DNA from: Candidatus Heimdallarchaeum aukensis
GTDB lineage: Archaea; Asgardarchaeota; Heimdallarchaeia; Heimdallarchaeales; Heimdallarchaeaceae
NCBI GenBank assembly: GCA_021513695.1
Contig: CP084166.1
Location: 2,784,001 to 2,848,000 of the forward strand
Direction of reading: 5' to 3'
DNA length: 64,000 bases
Shown here in pieces: positions 29,001-39,400 of the stretch; position 1 is the first letter of the stretch, and each line of letters starts with the position of its first letter. The translations under genes were made by a program, and so were the position numbers. Below the pieces are notes generated by a model that did not search any database, was not told the origin of the DNA, and saw only the letters and a list, made by a program, of their open reading frames with translations.

Positions 29001-32000
29001 AATAAGAAGAAATAAAAAAAGTTACAGAGTTTCAATCCCAACAGCTCTCTTCAAGAAAAGATTTGTAGAACAGCTTTCAAAATACTCAATAAAACTAGAA
29101 AATTATACATTGAAAGAAGGATCTACAAATAAACTTTTTTCTTATCCGTTTAACATCTTAACTCATGTTGGGAATCCTTCCAAGAGGGCAGATATTGCTA
29201 AAACAGTAATACCTTATAACAGAAAGAATACCTATCGTAAAGCTATTCTACGGATTCTTCAAAATTCTAATAAATATGGACTTACACCCGAAGAAATTGC
29301 TTTCTTAAAGAAACTAGAAAATCTTTACCCTGTAAAGATAAAGTCTATTAAAAAAGAAGGAATTGAACGTGTTTATAATCTCGAAGTTAAGAATATCCAT
29401 CGACTTGTGGCTAATGGTTTTTATGTTTCAAATTCAGGCCCCATAAGCTTTATGGAAGTCTTTAATGCTGCAACAAATACTATCAAACAAGGGGGATGTA
29501 TTGCTGCTGAGAGTTTAGTAAGAACTACAAATGGTGTTCTTCCTGCTGGTGATTTACTTAATTGTCCTCCTCTTGGCGAAAACAACACTCAAGAATTAAT
29601 CTATGATGGAGAGTCGTATAACAATGCTTTTCTGTCTCTGGATAACGGTTTTGCGGATGTATTAATTCTTGAAACTGAGCTGGGTTTGACTTTAAAAGCT
29701 ACATATAATCATTTAATTGCTACAGTAGATGAAGACGGGAATATAGTATGGACTGAGGTTGAGAAGATTAAGAAGGGCGATTGGGTTGTAATTGTATTAG
29801 GGGGTCACGTTGGACAAAAAATCTTCCTCCCAAAAATAGAAAATCAACATCATAATGCTAATCCCATTAAAATCCCTGAACAATTTAATGCTGAGCTTGC
29901 CGAAATCTTAGGTTTGTATATGGCTGATGGATGTATTAGTACTGGTGGTCGAATCATCTTTAGTGTCGATAATAAGGATTTAGATCTCATTAAAAGAATC
30001 GAATCTTTAATGAAAAAAGTATTTAATTTAAAACTTGGAAGAATAGAGGATAAACAAACTTACTCGGATGTTATTTTCTATTCTCGTGATCTATGCGACT
30101 ATTTCAGTAAAATGAATTGGAAAAAAGAGTCATCATCAGAAGCTTTTATCCCTCAAGAGATTTTTATTTCTGAACCAGAAATAGCAAAAGCATTCGTCCG
30201 AGGGTTGTTTGAAGGTGATGGTAATGTTCGTTCTGAAGGATATCCAAGGCTTTATTCAACATCTAAAACATTAATTGAACAGACACAACAACTTCTTTTA
30301 GGCCTTAACATTGTTTCTTCTGTAATAAAGGAAGAAGATAGAAGTAATAGTTTAGGTGATTTACCTCTATATGAATTATCAATAATTCCAGAAAGAAGTA
30401 TTATAAAATTCAAAGAAGAAATTGGTTTTATATCAAACAGAAAAAAACAGTTGCTGGAATCTAGGTTTACGGGCAAAAAGTTCGAACAATCAGATATTAT
30501 TCCTAATCAAGGCAAAAAACTGAAAGAGCTATATAGTTATGTTGGTGCAGGGACCAGTAAAGGGAGAAATAAAAAAGGAGCAAACAGAGAATTTTATAGA
30601 GCAATATACCATTATATAAGCGAGAATCCATCTTCTAAAAGAAATTTGACAAGAAAAAGGTTAAATTATTTGATGAAAAATTTCGAACAAGTTAAGAATT
30701 CCAAGCATTTCCAACAGATGTCTGATCCAAAATACTATTTTACAAAGGTTATAGATGTTAAAGAAAATCGAACTTATACAATGGACTTCGAGGTGCCAGA
30801 ATCAAGCAAATTCGTAGCAAATGGTTTCTTAGTACATAATCGTCGTCGTGGGGCTAACATGGGTATCCTTCGTGTTGACCATCCTGATATCATGTCTTGG
30901 ATTACTTGTAAAGAAGACCAGACCAAATTTACTAATTTTAACATTTCTGTTGCAGTTACCTCTGAGTTTATGCAAGCAGTGGAAGAAAACAGAGACTATG
31001 ATCTTATCAATCCTCGCACAAAGAAAGTTGTAGGTAAACTCAATGCTGCTGAAGTTTTTAACAAAATTGTTGAGATGGCTTGGAAAAATGGCGAGCCGGG
31101 TATAGTTTTTATTGACCGTATGAACGAATTCAATCCTACCCCTGAAGTAGGAGATATTGAAAGCACTAATCCTTGTGTAGTGGGTGATTCATTAATATCT
31201 ACAGAATTTGGATTAATGAAAATGCGTGATTTAGTCTCCAAGTTTCCTGAAGGCTCAGTAAAAATAACTACTGATAACCGTGTTCCTCAACAAATATTAA
31301 CATCTGGAAACCAAGTGCAGTTGTTGGATACAAAAACTCAAGGGGTATCATTGAATACTATTACACGTGCTTTCTCTACTGGAATAAAAGATGTATACAA
31401 ACTAACTACAGTGTCAGGTTACGAGTTGAAAGCTACTGGAGACCATAAAGTACTAACCAATGAAGGCTGGGTACAAGTAAAAGACTTAGATGTTAAAAAA
31501 CATAGAGTAAAGATACAATCAGGAGAAGGAGTTTTTAACAGTGTAAAAGAGTTACCCATCAAAGTCGAAAATGAAATAACTGGTGAGAACGGAAGAAAAT
31601 ATAGTTTTAATTTACCAAAAACATGGTCGAAAGAGTTAGGTCATGTACTAGGTTGGCTAGTAGGAGATGGCTGGATAAGGACAGGAGATAAGAATAGAAG
31701 AGTAGGATTTACTTTTTCAAAGAAAGATGAAGAAGTGTTAAAGTATCTCAAGGATGTATTAAATAAATGGTACAACAAACAAATTAATGAAATAAAAAGA
31801 GAAACAAATGTTTATCATTTAAGTTACCATTCAAAATATTTTGTTGATTTCTTCATAAATTTGGGAGTTAAACCAGAAAAATCAGCAAAAAAGGTTGTAC
31901 CTGAGTCAATGTTTCTAGCTACTAAAGAAGCAGTAATTGCTTTCCTACAAGCACTTTTCTCTGCAGATGGAACAATACGTTACTCAAAGAAATCTTCAAG

Positions 32001-33783
32001 CGAATGGATAGCCCTTTCATCAAAAAGTAAAGAATTGCTAAAAGGAGTACAACTGTTACTGTTAAACTTGGGTATCAAATCAAGAATATTTGATCGAACA
32101 AGAAAAAGAAGAGAAAGAACATTCAAGTACATAGATAAAAATGGTTCACTAAAGTATTACAACAGTGATGGAATTCTCTATGAACTGGGAATATTCGGCA
32201 AAAATATTGATATATTCAAGGAAAAAATAAATTTCTTACAGAGGGAGAAAAAAGAAAAACTAGCTAACCTTAAACCAAGAAAAAGAAGAGAAGTCATCTT
32301 TGAAGAGAAGATAAAGAGTATAAAATATGTTGGAAAGGACGAAGTATATGATTTAACTGAACCAAGAACATTAAGCTTCATTGCTAATGGAATAGTAAGT
32401 TTAGATTGCGGAGAGCAGCCCCTTCTCTCTTATGAGTCTTGTAATCTAGGATCAATTAATCTTGTAAGGCATGTTAAAGATGGAGAGATAGATTGGTCTT
32501 TACTTGAATCAACTATCCGTACAGCTGTTCGCTTTTTAGATAATGTTATCGATCGCAATGTTTACATTATTCCTGAAATAGAAGAGATGACCAAAGCCAA
32601 TAGAAAGATAGGCCTTGGGGTAATGGGTTTTGCTGATCTACTTGTTGAGCTCGGTATAAAATATGATACAGAAGAAGCATTGGAAATAGCTGAAAAAGTT
32701 ATGTCTTTCATTCAAAAAGTTGGTCGAGATGAATCTGTTAAATTAGGTGAAGAAAGAGGTAGCTTTCCTAACTTTGATAGAAGTATTTACAGAGGAAAGT
32801 ACAAAGCCATGAGAAATGCAACAATCACAACAATCGCTCCTACAGGAACTATTTCTCTTATTGCTGGGTGTTCAAGCGGTATTGAACCTTATTATGCAAT
32901 AGCTTTTGTGCGAAATATACTAGGTGGAAAGAAACTTTTTGAAATTAATCCCATCTTCGAAAGAATAGCTAAAGAGAAAGGATTCTACTCTGAAGAGCTC
33001 GTAGAAAAAATTTCTTCTGTTCATTCAATACAGAAATTGGATGAAATACCTGAAGAAATAAGAAAGTTGTTTGTAACAAGCCAAGATATTTCTCCAGAGT
33101 GGCACGTAAGAATCCAAGCAGCTTTCCAAAAATACACTGATAACGCTACTAGCAAAACAATTAATTTTTCGAGAGATGCTACAAAAGAAGATATCGCCAA
33201 AGCTTACAAACTCGCCCATAAACTAGGTTGTAAAGGTGTTACTGTTTATCGTGATGGTTCAAGAAAGTATCAAGTATTATCAACAAAGACAAAAAAGAAA
33301 AAGAAAGAAAAGCCAGTAGTTACTTCAGCAAAAGTTGTACCTAGAGCAAGACCAGAAATAACAACAGGTAGAACCCATAAAGTTAGAAGTGGTTGTGGTA
33401 ATCTTTACGTTACTGTTAATCAAGATGAAAATGGAGATATTTTTGAGGTATTTGTTCAAGTAGGTAAATCTGGAGGGTGTATCACCTCTCAAAGCGAGGC
33501 GATTGGAAGATTAATTTCTCTTTCACTTCGTTCGCAGGTTTCAGTTGAATCCATTGTGAGACAACTGTCAGGGATACGCTGTCCTAACCCTAGTTTCTAT
33601 AAAGGAAAAAGTATTCTCTCTTGTGCTGATGGTATAGCTTTAGTGCTTGAACAATATATACAAGGAAATCCTAACGTACGTGAATCTAATGGTTCTATCG
33701 TTTGTCCTGACTGTGGAGGAGTTTTAGCTTTTTCAGAGGGTTGCTATACTTGCACAAGCTGTGGTTATAGTAAATGTAGTTAA
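26098..33783 (+). CDS. nrdJ: adenosylcobalamin-dependent (class II) ribonucleotide reductase precursor carrying five inteins
   Basis: Extein segments: N-terminus LSENALTVLQKRYL..PEQMF, LSA|CFVLPIDDS, HQSGGG|TGFSFSNIRPK, TTGGVA|SGPISFMEVF, RRRGANMGIL, TNP|CGEQPLLSYESCNLG, and a C-terminal Cys4 zinc ribbon. Exteins total ~721 aa. The start codon is TTG. Confidence 0.85.
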   Translation: MADLKLSENALTVLQKRYLLKNEKNEAIETPEQMFERVAKSIASSEEEKKEFYELMTSLRFLPNSPTLMNAGTKLGQLSACFTGEQVIITAEGNKQIKDIQIGDLVLTASGNFRKVTQTMQRKVDKRYIIDVLKLPNSTLSVTEDHPILTYKNGKIKWSLVKELSKNDFVALSYPKEIEDISSINVIDYLSDRDYKVKDGMILNKNTKVGIESDEISDQEIPIRNKIEVDGEFLRFLGYYASVGELDKKIVRFAFSDKEMDYVEEVISIAKSKFELDARIENSDGNIVIVQFYSSILSEFVKKVIGEGNNKRVPIWILKLPPEKQENFVLGCFRGDNSLFSSSYMLDARLSACNDNLVYSIWIMLMRMGIVPNLDKSPIPKGETTYSYSCYIGETEKSDSFVEIHGKDGKGISQLSLQKLNHIIVNDTVFLPIRSIECIEEPVTVYNLEVEEEHTYVANFVSVHNCFVLPIDDSLPSIFDAVKKAALIHQSGGGCVAEGTVIPTEEFGFIPIEKIPGFENIPSDEQGHDCEPFTVYSFDEDKESFTKGTVTKLWKFKKNKYLSIKFGTEGVIEVTHWHPFIVYVPSEEKKKGGYYTEKRADELKVGDLLVSPSTHKITETSSISDVHKVKVEEIKEIEEEKVFYDFTVLKYNNYLAGSKQFTVIHNTGFSFSNIRPKNDVVKTTGGVACFPEDVRIYTNKGLLTIKDIIQSDQPIKALTHDGFHEIINKYDNGDAEVYRLITSNGYSVKATSTHKFLTIENNELVLKPLNKLQEGDYVLLFSTFESVDEKEPFKLSPITDDGQTFDEIYLDEDLAYFIGLTYADGHIIDDGRHYSVRITLNKNQIRIIEKIKKIVQTKFDYDLKVYERKNVNKVELVLHGKRFVKLLKENNLLKEKCENIRIPELLFQSPRNVLSSFIAGYFDGDGHVSKSGRISIKTISKQMSEDFSLLITRLGVLSTTHISPPIYGIRRNKKSYRVSIPTALFKKRFVEQLSKYSIKLENYTLKEGSTNKLFSYPFNILTHVGNPSKRADIAKTVIPYNRKNTYRKAILRILQNSNKYGLTPEEIAFLKKLENLYPVKIKSIKKEGIERVYNLEVKNIHRLVANGFYVSNSGPISFMEVFNAATNTIKQGGCIAAESLVRTTNGVLPAGDLLNCPPLGENNTQELIYDGESYNNAFLSLDNGFADVLILETELGLTLKATYNHLIATVDEDGNIVWTEVEKIKKGDWVVIVLGGHVGQKIFLPKIENQHHNANPIKIPEQFNAELAEILGLYMADGCISTGGRIIFSVDNKDLDLIKRIESLMKKVFNLKLGRIEDKQTYSDVIFYSRDLCDYFSKMNWKKESSSEAFIPQEIFISEPEIAKAFVRGLFEGDGNVRSEGYPRLYSTSKTLIEQTQQLLLGLNIVSSVIKEEDRSNSLGDLPLYELSIIPERSIIKFKEEIGFISNRKKQLLESRFTGKKFEQSDIIPNQGKKLKELYSYVGAGTSKGRNKKGANREFYRAIYHYISENPSSKRNLTRKRLNYLMKNFEQVKNSKHFQQMSDPKYYFTKVIDVKENRTYTMDFEVPESSKFVANGFLVHNRRRGANMGILRVDHPDIMSWITCKEDQTKFTNFNISVAVTSEFMQAVEENRDYDLINPRTKKVVGKLNAAEVFNKIVEMAWKNGEPGIVFIDRMNEFNPTPEVGDIESTNPCVVGDSLISTEFGLMKMRDLVSKFPEGSVKITTDNRVPQQILTSGNQVQLLDTKTQGVSLNTITRAFSTGIKDVYKLTTVSGYELKATGDHKVLTNEGWVQVKDLDVKKHRVKIQSGEGVFNSVKELPIKVENEITGENGRKYSFNLPKTWSKELGHVLGWLVGDGWIRTGDKNRRVGFTFSKKDEEVLKYLKDVLNKWYNKQINEIKRETNVYHLSYHSKYFVDFFINLGVKPEKSAKKVVPESMFLATKEAVIAFLQALFSADGTIRYSKKSSSEWIALSSKSKELLKGVQLLLLNLGIKSRIFDRTRKRRERTFKYIDKNGSLKYYNSDGILYELGIFGKNIDIFKEKINFLQREKKEKLANLKPRKRREVIFEEKIKSIKYVGKDEVYDLTEPRTLSFIANGIVSLDCGEQPLLSYESCNLGSINLVRHVKDGEIDWSLLESTIRTAVRFLDNVIDRNVYIIPEIEEMTKANRKIGLGVMGFADLLVELGIKYDTEEALEIAEKVMSFIQKVGRDESVKLGEERGSFPNFDRSIYRGKYKAMRNATITTIAPTGTISLIAGCSSGIEPYYAIAFVRNILGGKKLFEINPIFERIAKEKGFYSEELVEKISSVHSIQKLDEIPEEIRKLFVTSQDISPEWHVRIQAAFQKYTDNATSKTINFSRDATKEDIAKAYKLAHKLGCKGVTVYRDGSRKYQVLSTKTKKKKKEKPVVTSAKVVPRARPEITTGRTHKVRSGCGNLYVTVNQDENGDIFEVFVQVGKSGGCITSQSEAIGRLISLSLRSQVSVESIVRQLSGIRCPNPSFYKGKSILSCADGIALVLEQYIQGNPNVRESNGSIVCPDCGGVLAFSEGCYTCTSCGYSKCS
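26338..27492 (+). mobile_element. intein 1 (385 aa) with degenerate LAGLIDADG-like motifs
   Basis: Begins CFTGEQ and ends VSVHN, followed by the +1 Cys of extein CFVLP. It is inserted just before the conserved LSxCF cysteine. Confidence 0.75.
27580..28095 (+). mobile_element. intein 2 (172 aa mini-intein)
   Basis: Begins CVAEGT, has block B VTHWHPF, and ends TVIHN with +1 Thr of TGFSFS. No endonuclease domain is present. Confidence 0.75.
28162..29433 (+). mobile_element. intein 3 (424 aa) with LAGLIDADG homing endonuclease
   Basis: Begins CFPEDV. LAGLIDADG motifs are LAYFIGLTYADGH and IAGYFDGDGH. It ends GFYVSN (no penultimate His) with +1 Ser. Confidence 0.75.
29497..30840 (+). mobile_element. 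intein 4 (448 aa) with LAGLIDADG homing endonuclease
   Basis: Begins CIAAESLV. Motifs are LGLYMADGC and VRGLFEGDGN. It ends FLVHN with +1 Arg of RRRGANMG (an unusual +1 residue; the boundary is inferred by extein alignment). Confidence 0.65.
31174..32406 (+). mobile_element. intein 5 (411 aa) with LAGLIDADG homing endonuclease, inserted at the thiyl-radical Cys (TNP|C)
   Basis: Begins CVVGDS. Motifs are LGWLVGDGW and LQALFSADGT. It ends ..IVSLD and is followed by CGEQPL, so the terminal residue is apparently Asp rather than Asn. Confidence 0.65.
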
Positions 33784-33835
33784 GCTAATAAAGATTCAAA
33801 ATTTTTTTCTATATTTTCCTATTTTTCCAAAGATT
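33784..33835 (+). terminator. T-rich putative terminator after nrdJ
   Basis: aaaatttttttctatattttcctatttttcc oligo-T tracts directly after the stop. Confidence 0.25.
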
Positions 33836-33848
33836 TTTAATTATAATA

Positions 33849-34928
33849 GTGAAAGAACGTTTAATGTTGATTTGGTTTGATGCAGTAACAGCAAAAGAGC
33901 CATTGTTGTTTGACGCAATAGCTAAAGAATTGGAAAAAGAAGGACATGAAGTATTTTTCACTTGTAGAGAATATGATTATGTTTCTTCACTTTTTGAACT
34001 GTTAGGACGAAAAGTAGAAGTGTTTGGTAAGCACGGAGGAAAAACACTATATGGAAAGCTCATTGCAGGAAATGAGAGAATAAAGTTACTTGCTGAATAT
34101 ATTAATAATTTAGATAAAAAACCAGATTATCATATATGTTTTGGCTGTCCAGAGTCAACAAGAGTAGCGTTCGGGTTAGGTATCCCTGTAATTAATATTA
34201 ATGATTCTCCACATGCTTGGGCAGTAGCTAAATTAACTGTGCCTTTATCGAAATATTTAGTGTATAGTGGTTGTATAAAAGAAGAAGAGTGGTTAAAGTT
34301 AGGTGCAGTAAAAGAACAATTGTGCCCATATAACGGGATAGATGAAGTTGCTTGGTTAAAATCGTTTGAACCTAATGAAGAAGTTCTTTCACTGTTGGGT
34401 CTATCTAAAGAAGATCACTTTATTGTTGCAAGACCAGAAGAAAGCAGTGCAGCTTATATGTTAGACGATAACATTACTTCTTCAACTTATTTAGATGTTA
34501 TTCTGGATGAGTTATTAAAAACATATAAAGGAAAGGTAGTAGTTTTTCCAAGATATCAAAAACAAAAAGAATTGTTACAAGAACGCTATGAAGAAAAAAT
34601 CATTGTACCACCGAAAGCTGTAGATACTCTCTCACTTTATTATTATGCTGATTTATGTATAACAGGTGGGGCAACAATGGCACGGGAATCTGCAGCTATA
34701 GGAACTCCAGCGATATCTTATTTTCCTAGAGAACTCGATGTGCTGAAATACATATCAGAAACAGGAATCCCTCTTTATAATGAATACACAATCTCTGATG
34801 CAATAAAAAGGGCAAAAGAGTTATTATCATCTAAAAATATTAAGGATAAATTGAGACAAAAGACTAAGAGCATATTATCTCAAATGGAGTCTCCTATAGA
34901 TAAAGTGATAGAATTGATTAAGAATTAA
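33849..34928 (+). CDS. DUF354-family protein (glycosyltransferase/epimerase-like fold)
   Basis: The N-terminus (M)LIWFDAVTAKEPLLFDAIAKELEKEGHEVFFTCREYD matches the characteristic DUF354 start (IW.D..N.PHV.FF.PII.ELE..GHEV). Confidence 0.55.
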   Translation: MKERLMLIWFDAVTAKEPLLFDAIAKELEKEGHEVFFTCREYDYVSSLFELLGRKVEVFGKHGGKTLYGKLIAGNERIKLLAEYINNLDKKPDYHICFGCPESTRVAFGLGIPVININDSPHAWAVAKLTVPLSKYLVYSGCIKEEEWLKLGAVKEQLCPYNGIDEVAWLKSFEPNEEVLSLLGLSKEDHFIVARPEESSAAYMLDDNITSSTYLDVILDELLKTYKGKVVVFPRYQKQKELLQERYEEKIIVPPKAVDTLSLYYYADLCITGGATMARESAAIGTPAISYFPRELDVLKYISETGIPLYNEYTISDAIKRAKELLSSKNIKDKLRQKTKSILSQMESPIDKVIELIKN

Positions 34929-35014
34929 AGAAACAAAGTAAAAGTCTTATTTCTTTCTTTAAAAAAATAAATCCGTTGCAAAAAATTTAATTTATCTTTG
35001 TTTATTTACAAAAC

Positions 35015-36175
35015 ATGAAGTTTTTTTCTGAAAAACTAAGCAATATAAAACCAAGTGGAATAAGAGAACTTTTCGCTAAAGCACAAGGAATAGAAGGCGC
35101 AATTTCTTTAGGAATAGGCGCACCAGATATAGAAACCCCAAAGAAATTGAAAGAAGCTTTAATTGATGCCGTATTAAATAATTTCAACAATTATGATCAA
35201 ACACCTGGTAATGCCCAGTTGAGAGAGGAAATAGTTCAGCAATATAAGCAAGAGTATAACATGGACTATGATACAAACAACGGGGTAATTGTAACTTCTG
35301 GGGGAGTTGAACTAATCTATATAGCTTTACAAGCTTTTTTGAAAAAAGGAGAAGAAGTAATAATTCAAGATCCATGTTTCCTTACATATCCTCGCCAAAT
35401 AATCCTTGCAGGAGGAAAACCTGTCTGGGTTAAATCCACACCTGATTTTAAAATGGATTTGGAATCAGTTAAAGAGAATATTAATGAAAAAACCAAGATT
35501 ATCACGATTAACTTTCCTAATAATCCAACTGGTGCAATGATGGAAAAACATGAGTTAAAAGCAATAGTGGATTTAGCTGTCGATAATGATTTAATTATCC
35601 TCAGTGATGAAGTCTATGAATATTATGTGTTTGATAATAAAAAACACGTGCATGTCGCTTCTATAGGTGATGCTTATCATAATACAATTACAATTAATTC
35701 TTTTTCAAAATCCTTCTGCGTACCAGGGTGGAGAATGGGTTATGGTGTCTCAACACCTGAACTGATGGGCCCAATATTAGGTTACCACTCTTTTGTTGTT
35801 GCTAATGCCACGACTCCTACTCAAGTAGCTTTAGCCAATTATATAAACACAGATGATGCAAGAAACTTTAGAGAAAAAATCAGAGAGACTTTTCAGAAAA
35901 GAAGAGATAAAATTGTAAAGGGTCTAAATTCTATTTCAGGAATTAAAGCTTATAATTCTGCTGGGTCCTTCTATACTTATTTTGATGTTTCTGGGCTAAA
36001 TATGACTGGAGAAGAATTTTCTAATTTCGCATTTGAAAAAGCAAAAGTGGTTTTTGTACCCGGGACAGAGTTTGGACAAGAAGAAAGCCAAAAAACCTTC
36101 CTAAGGGCAAGTTTTGGTTCTGTAAATGAAGAAAAAATAGAGCAAGTAATTGAGAGACTAACGAAACTTTTATGA
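35015..36175 (+). CDS. class I/II PLP-dependent aminotransferase (aspartate aminotransferase-like)
   Basis: NFPNNPTGA and the PLP-lysine motif SFSKSFCVPGWRMGY. It is 386 aa. Confidence 0.8.
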   Translation: MKFFSEKLSNIKPSGIRELFAKAQGIEGAISLGIGAPDIETPKKLKEALIDAVLNNFNNYDQTPGNAQLREEIVQQYKQEYNMDYDTNNGVIVTSGGVELIYIALQAFLKKGEEVIIQDPCFLTYPRQIILAGGKPVWVKSTPDFKMDLESVKENINEKTKIITINFPNNPTGAMMEKHELKAIVDLAVDNDLIILSDEVYEYYVFDNKKHVHVASIGDAYHNTITINSFSKSFCVPGWRMGYGVSTPELMGPILGYHSFVVANATTPTQVALANYINTDDARNFREKIRETFQKRRDKIVKGLNSISGIKAYNSAGSFYTYFDVSGLNMTGEEFSNFAFEKAKVVFVPGTEFGQEESQKTFLRASFGSVNEEKIEQVIERLTKLL

Positions 36176-36194
36176 CCTTAAACGAGAAAGGAGT

Positions 36195-36389
36195 ATGAAA
36201 AAGATGAGTGAAAAAAAGCAAGAACTAGAGTTCTATTGTAAATTTTGTGATAAAGTGACAACTCAAGTATTCGTTAGAGAAGATAGAAAGAAAACCTTTA
36301 CTTTAATGTTTTATTGCCCCAGCTGTGGAAGCTACCACACATTCGAGTTTTTTGGGTCACAGTTTGAACAACCCACAGATTTAGAGTAA
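36195..36389 (+). CDS. small zinc-ribbon protein
   Basis: CKFCDK...CPSCG, two CxxC pairs in 64 aa. Confidence 0.45.
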   Translation: MKKMSEKKQELEFYCKFCDKVTTQVFVREDRKKTFTLMFYCPSCGSYHTFEFFGSQFEQPTDLE

Positions 36390-36484
36390 TATTCTTTTTT
36401 TTATTATTATTAAGAAAACCATTGTAGCTATCGATATCGCTAGGTTTATATTCTAGAAAAGACATACATTCTATTAGAACCTTA

Positions 36485-39400
36485 ATGGGGTTTGAACTTA
36501 TGAAAAAAAGGATATTTTTAGCGATAGCAATAATTATTGCTCTATTTCCGATTTATCATTCTGGAGTTAATACTCAAGCAACAACTCAACCGGTTGTTAA
36601 TAATAATCAAATAACTCCTGAAGAAATCGGAGTAGGAAGTAAACTAACCTATCAAATAACACAATTTGAATTAGGTTCTGGTTTTGATCAATTATTACAA
36701 GACATAACACAAGATCCAGAAGCACCTGATATCGAGTTTGGTTATGACGGCAGTTTAGTAGGAAGTGAAATATGGTTTTATATCAGTCTTGAAGACCAAC
36801 TGCAATTCTTCCAATACAATTACTCTGACTGGGAGTGGACTAAAGAAAACATTACTCAAAAGAATGTAATGCAAGTTTTAGCTGGAATAAAATTAAGTGA
36901 AGACTTTTCAGCTTTTGCAAACCTATCCCAACTTAATTATCCAGAAGATGCAGTAAGACAAGATGAAGCTTATTATTATGATTCTTGGCCAATGTCTCAC
37001 TTTGAAACACCAATAACAAGTGACGATTTCTGGAATCCATTCAACGAAGGTTTTATAGACGGATTTAATTGGGGATTTTCAGATGAGATAAATGAATATG
37101 ATTGGGCATGGTTCAATTGGCCTAGTCCCGATGAGTATTATGACATGTATTGGTTTGCTCGAGACTTTGGACAAATGTGGGGATATGACACTGGAAGAGA
37201 AGCAGCTATGAATGCAAGAAATGAAAACCCTGGTGATCCTTGGGGAACAGCTTGGAATGATGCTAACTCTGCTAGTGGAGCTTTTAAAGTAGGTTTCTTA
37301 GAAGGCAGAGATGATGGATATAATGAAGGAAAAGATGATTATGTAAATAATAATAGAATCCCAGATAAAACCTTTAGTAATCCTTACGACGCAACTAATG
37401 ATATAACTGATATAGGTAAAAGGCGTGGATATGACGCTGCTTGGCCAGTATATTATGATGCAGGATACTTATATGAAGGAGCACAAGAATATTTCAATGA
37501 CAGACTCTACTGGGAACTATATTGTGATACTTGGGATACCTATCCTGGTGGTTACCTAGACGGATTTAGAGATGGATATTATACTGGTGTTTGGGATGGA
37601 CAATATGACCATGACTATGGAAGCTATGGAGATAACTTCTATCCTCCAGAGGGATATTGGGATCCTCGTGATGAATATCAATGGGGATATAATGATGGTT
37701 TAGCAGAAGGGTATCAATATGGATACGATGACGGTTACAACCAAGTAAATGATTATGAACAATATATCTGGGGTATGGAATCTTATATCTGGAATGCACA
37801 TGAAGATGGTTTTCAAGTTGGAGCTCAAGATTATATAAATAATATTGGTTATGATAATTCAACATTTACATTGCCATTTTCTAGTCCAGCTGATATGTAT
37901 GAAGAGGGAGCTAATTTCATTTATGAAATGATGTATCCTAAAGCTTATGATGATGGATGGAAATATGCTTTTCTTGTAGATAGAGATGGAGACGATTTGA
38001 ATTGGTTAATGCATGAAGGACCATTCTATTACATGTATTTACCTGATGTGATTTTAACTTTACAATCTGGTTCAGTTCTACCTGTACCTACAGATATGAC
38101 AATGTTCAAAGAATTGAACATTAGCATGATGGATTACGAAATCGATTATGATTATGGTGAAAACACAGATCTCTTTACAGAACACTTTACACCTTTCAGT
38201 ATATATGCTCCTGAAAGTGATTGGGCAGAGCTAGATACTTGGGATTGGGCTTTTGACCCAGAAAGTGACATGCCAGGAGTTGCAACAACTATAGATGGAA
38301 ACATATTTGAAATGGTATTCTATTGGGAAGAAGAAAGTGGAGATATTACTTTCGAGCTTACAATTCGTTATGATATGACTACTGGAGTTTTGCAATATTC
38401 TGGTTTTAGTGTAGATTTCACAACAGAAGCAGATATGTACATTAATGTTGCAATGGAGTATGAATCAGATACACAAATCAATCTACCAACACCTGATCCA
38501 ACTTCATGGTCTTACTTAATAGATACATTTAGCTTTACTTATGAATTACCTGATGACGCTCCACCTGAAGTTATAGATGGACTAAATAATTTCAAGAATG
38601 GGGGAGAAGATGCTGTTGGAAACGCATTCATGGACGTCGATTGGATTCAACATCTTGGTCTATGGAATGAATATAACGTTACATTCAAAGATCCTAACAA
38701 CCCAACTGATGCATCAGATCCAGTTACTATAATGCAACCAACTTTATCTCCTGGAATACAAATATTGCCTGATTGGGACCTTTGGGGCGGAATTATGCAA
38801 ACTGGAGATTCTTATTTGGCTATGTCTGAATGGATAGGTAATGCTGTAGATATGTTAAGCGATGCTAACCCAACTTTTGATGCATTTAGAAATGAACTGT
38901 ACTATGAAGTGAGTTCATACCATGATTCAACCAATAATATAATGTATCTCTATGCAGGTATATCTGGAGGATATGAATTACGTGTTGAAATGCTAAATGG
39001 AGATTGGGAATGGGAAGAAACAACAGTCTCATTATACTTCAAACTTGTTTTATGGACAGCCTATGATTATACCACTGGTATTTTCTTAGGAGCTGGTGTA
39101 GAAGGAACAATAGATGAAACATTCACTTCAAATATTCCAACCTCACCTCAGTTCACACTCTATGCAGATATTGATATCAGAATCAGAGCAGATTTAATAT
39201 CAAGTATAACAAGTATAACTGACATTCTAACCTTTGCTGAAATGCCAGAAAAAGACACCGAAGCACCAATCATTTCAGATGTAACTTACAGTCCAGATAA
39301 ACCAACAGAAGAAGATGTTATTACTATTAGTGCTAATGTAACAGATGATAATGGAGTTTGTTCAGTAATCTTACACTACAAGAATGACACATCTGAATGG

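Noticed and set aside
35002-35190. 62-aa ORF antisense to the aminotransferase 5' end.
   Set aside because: It overlaps the well-supported aminotransferase start and has no independent evidence.
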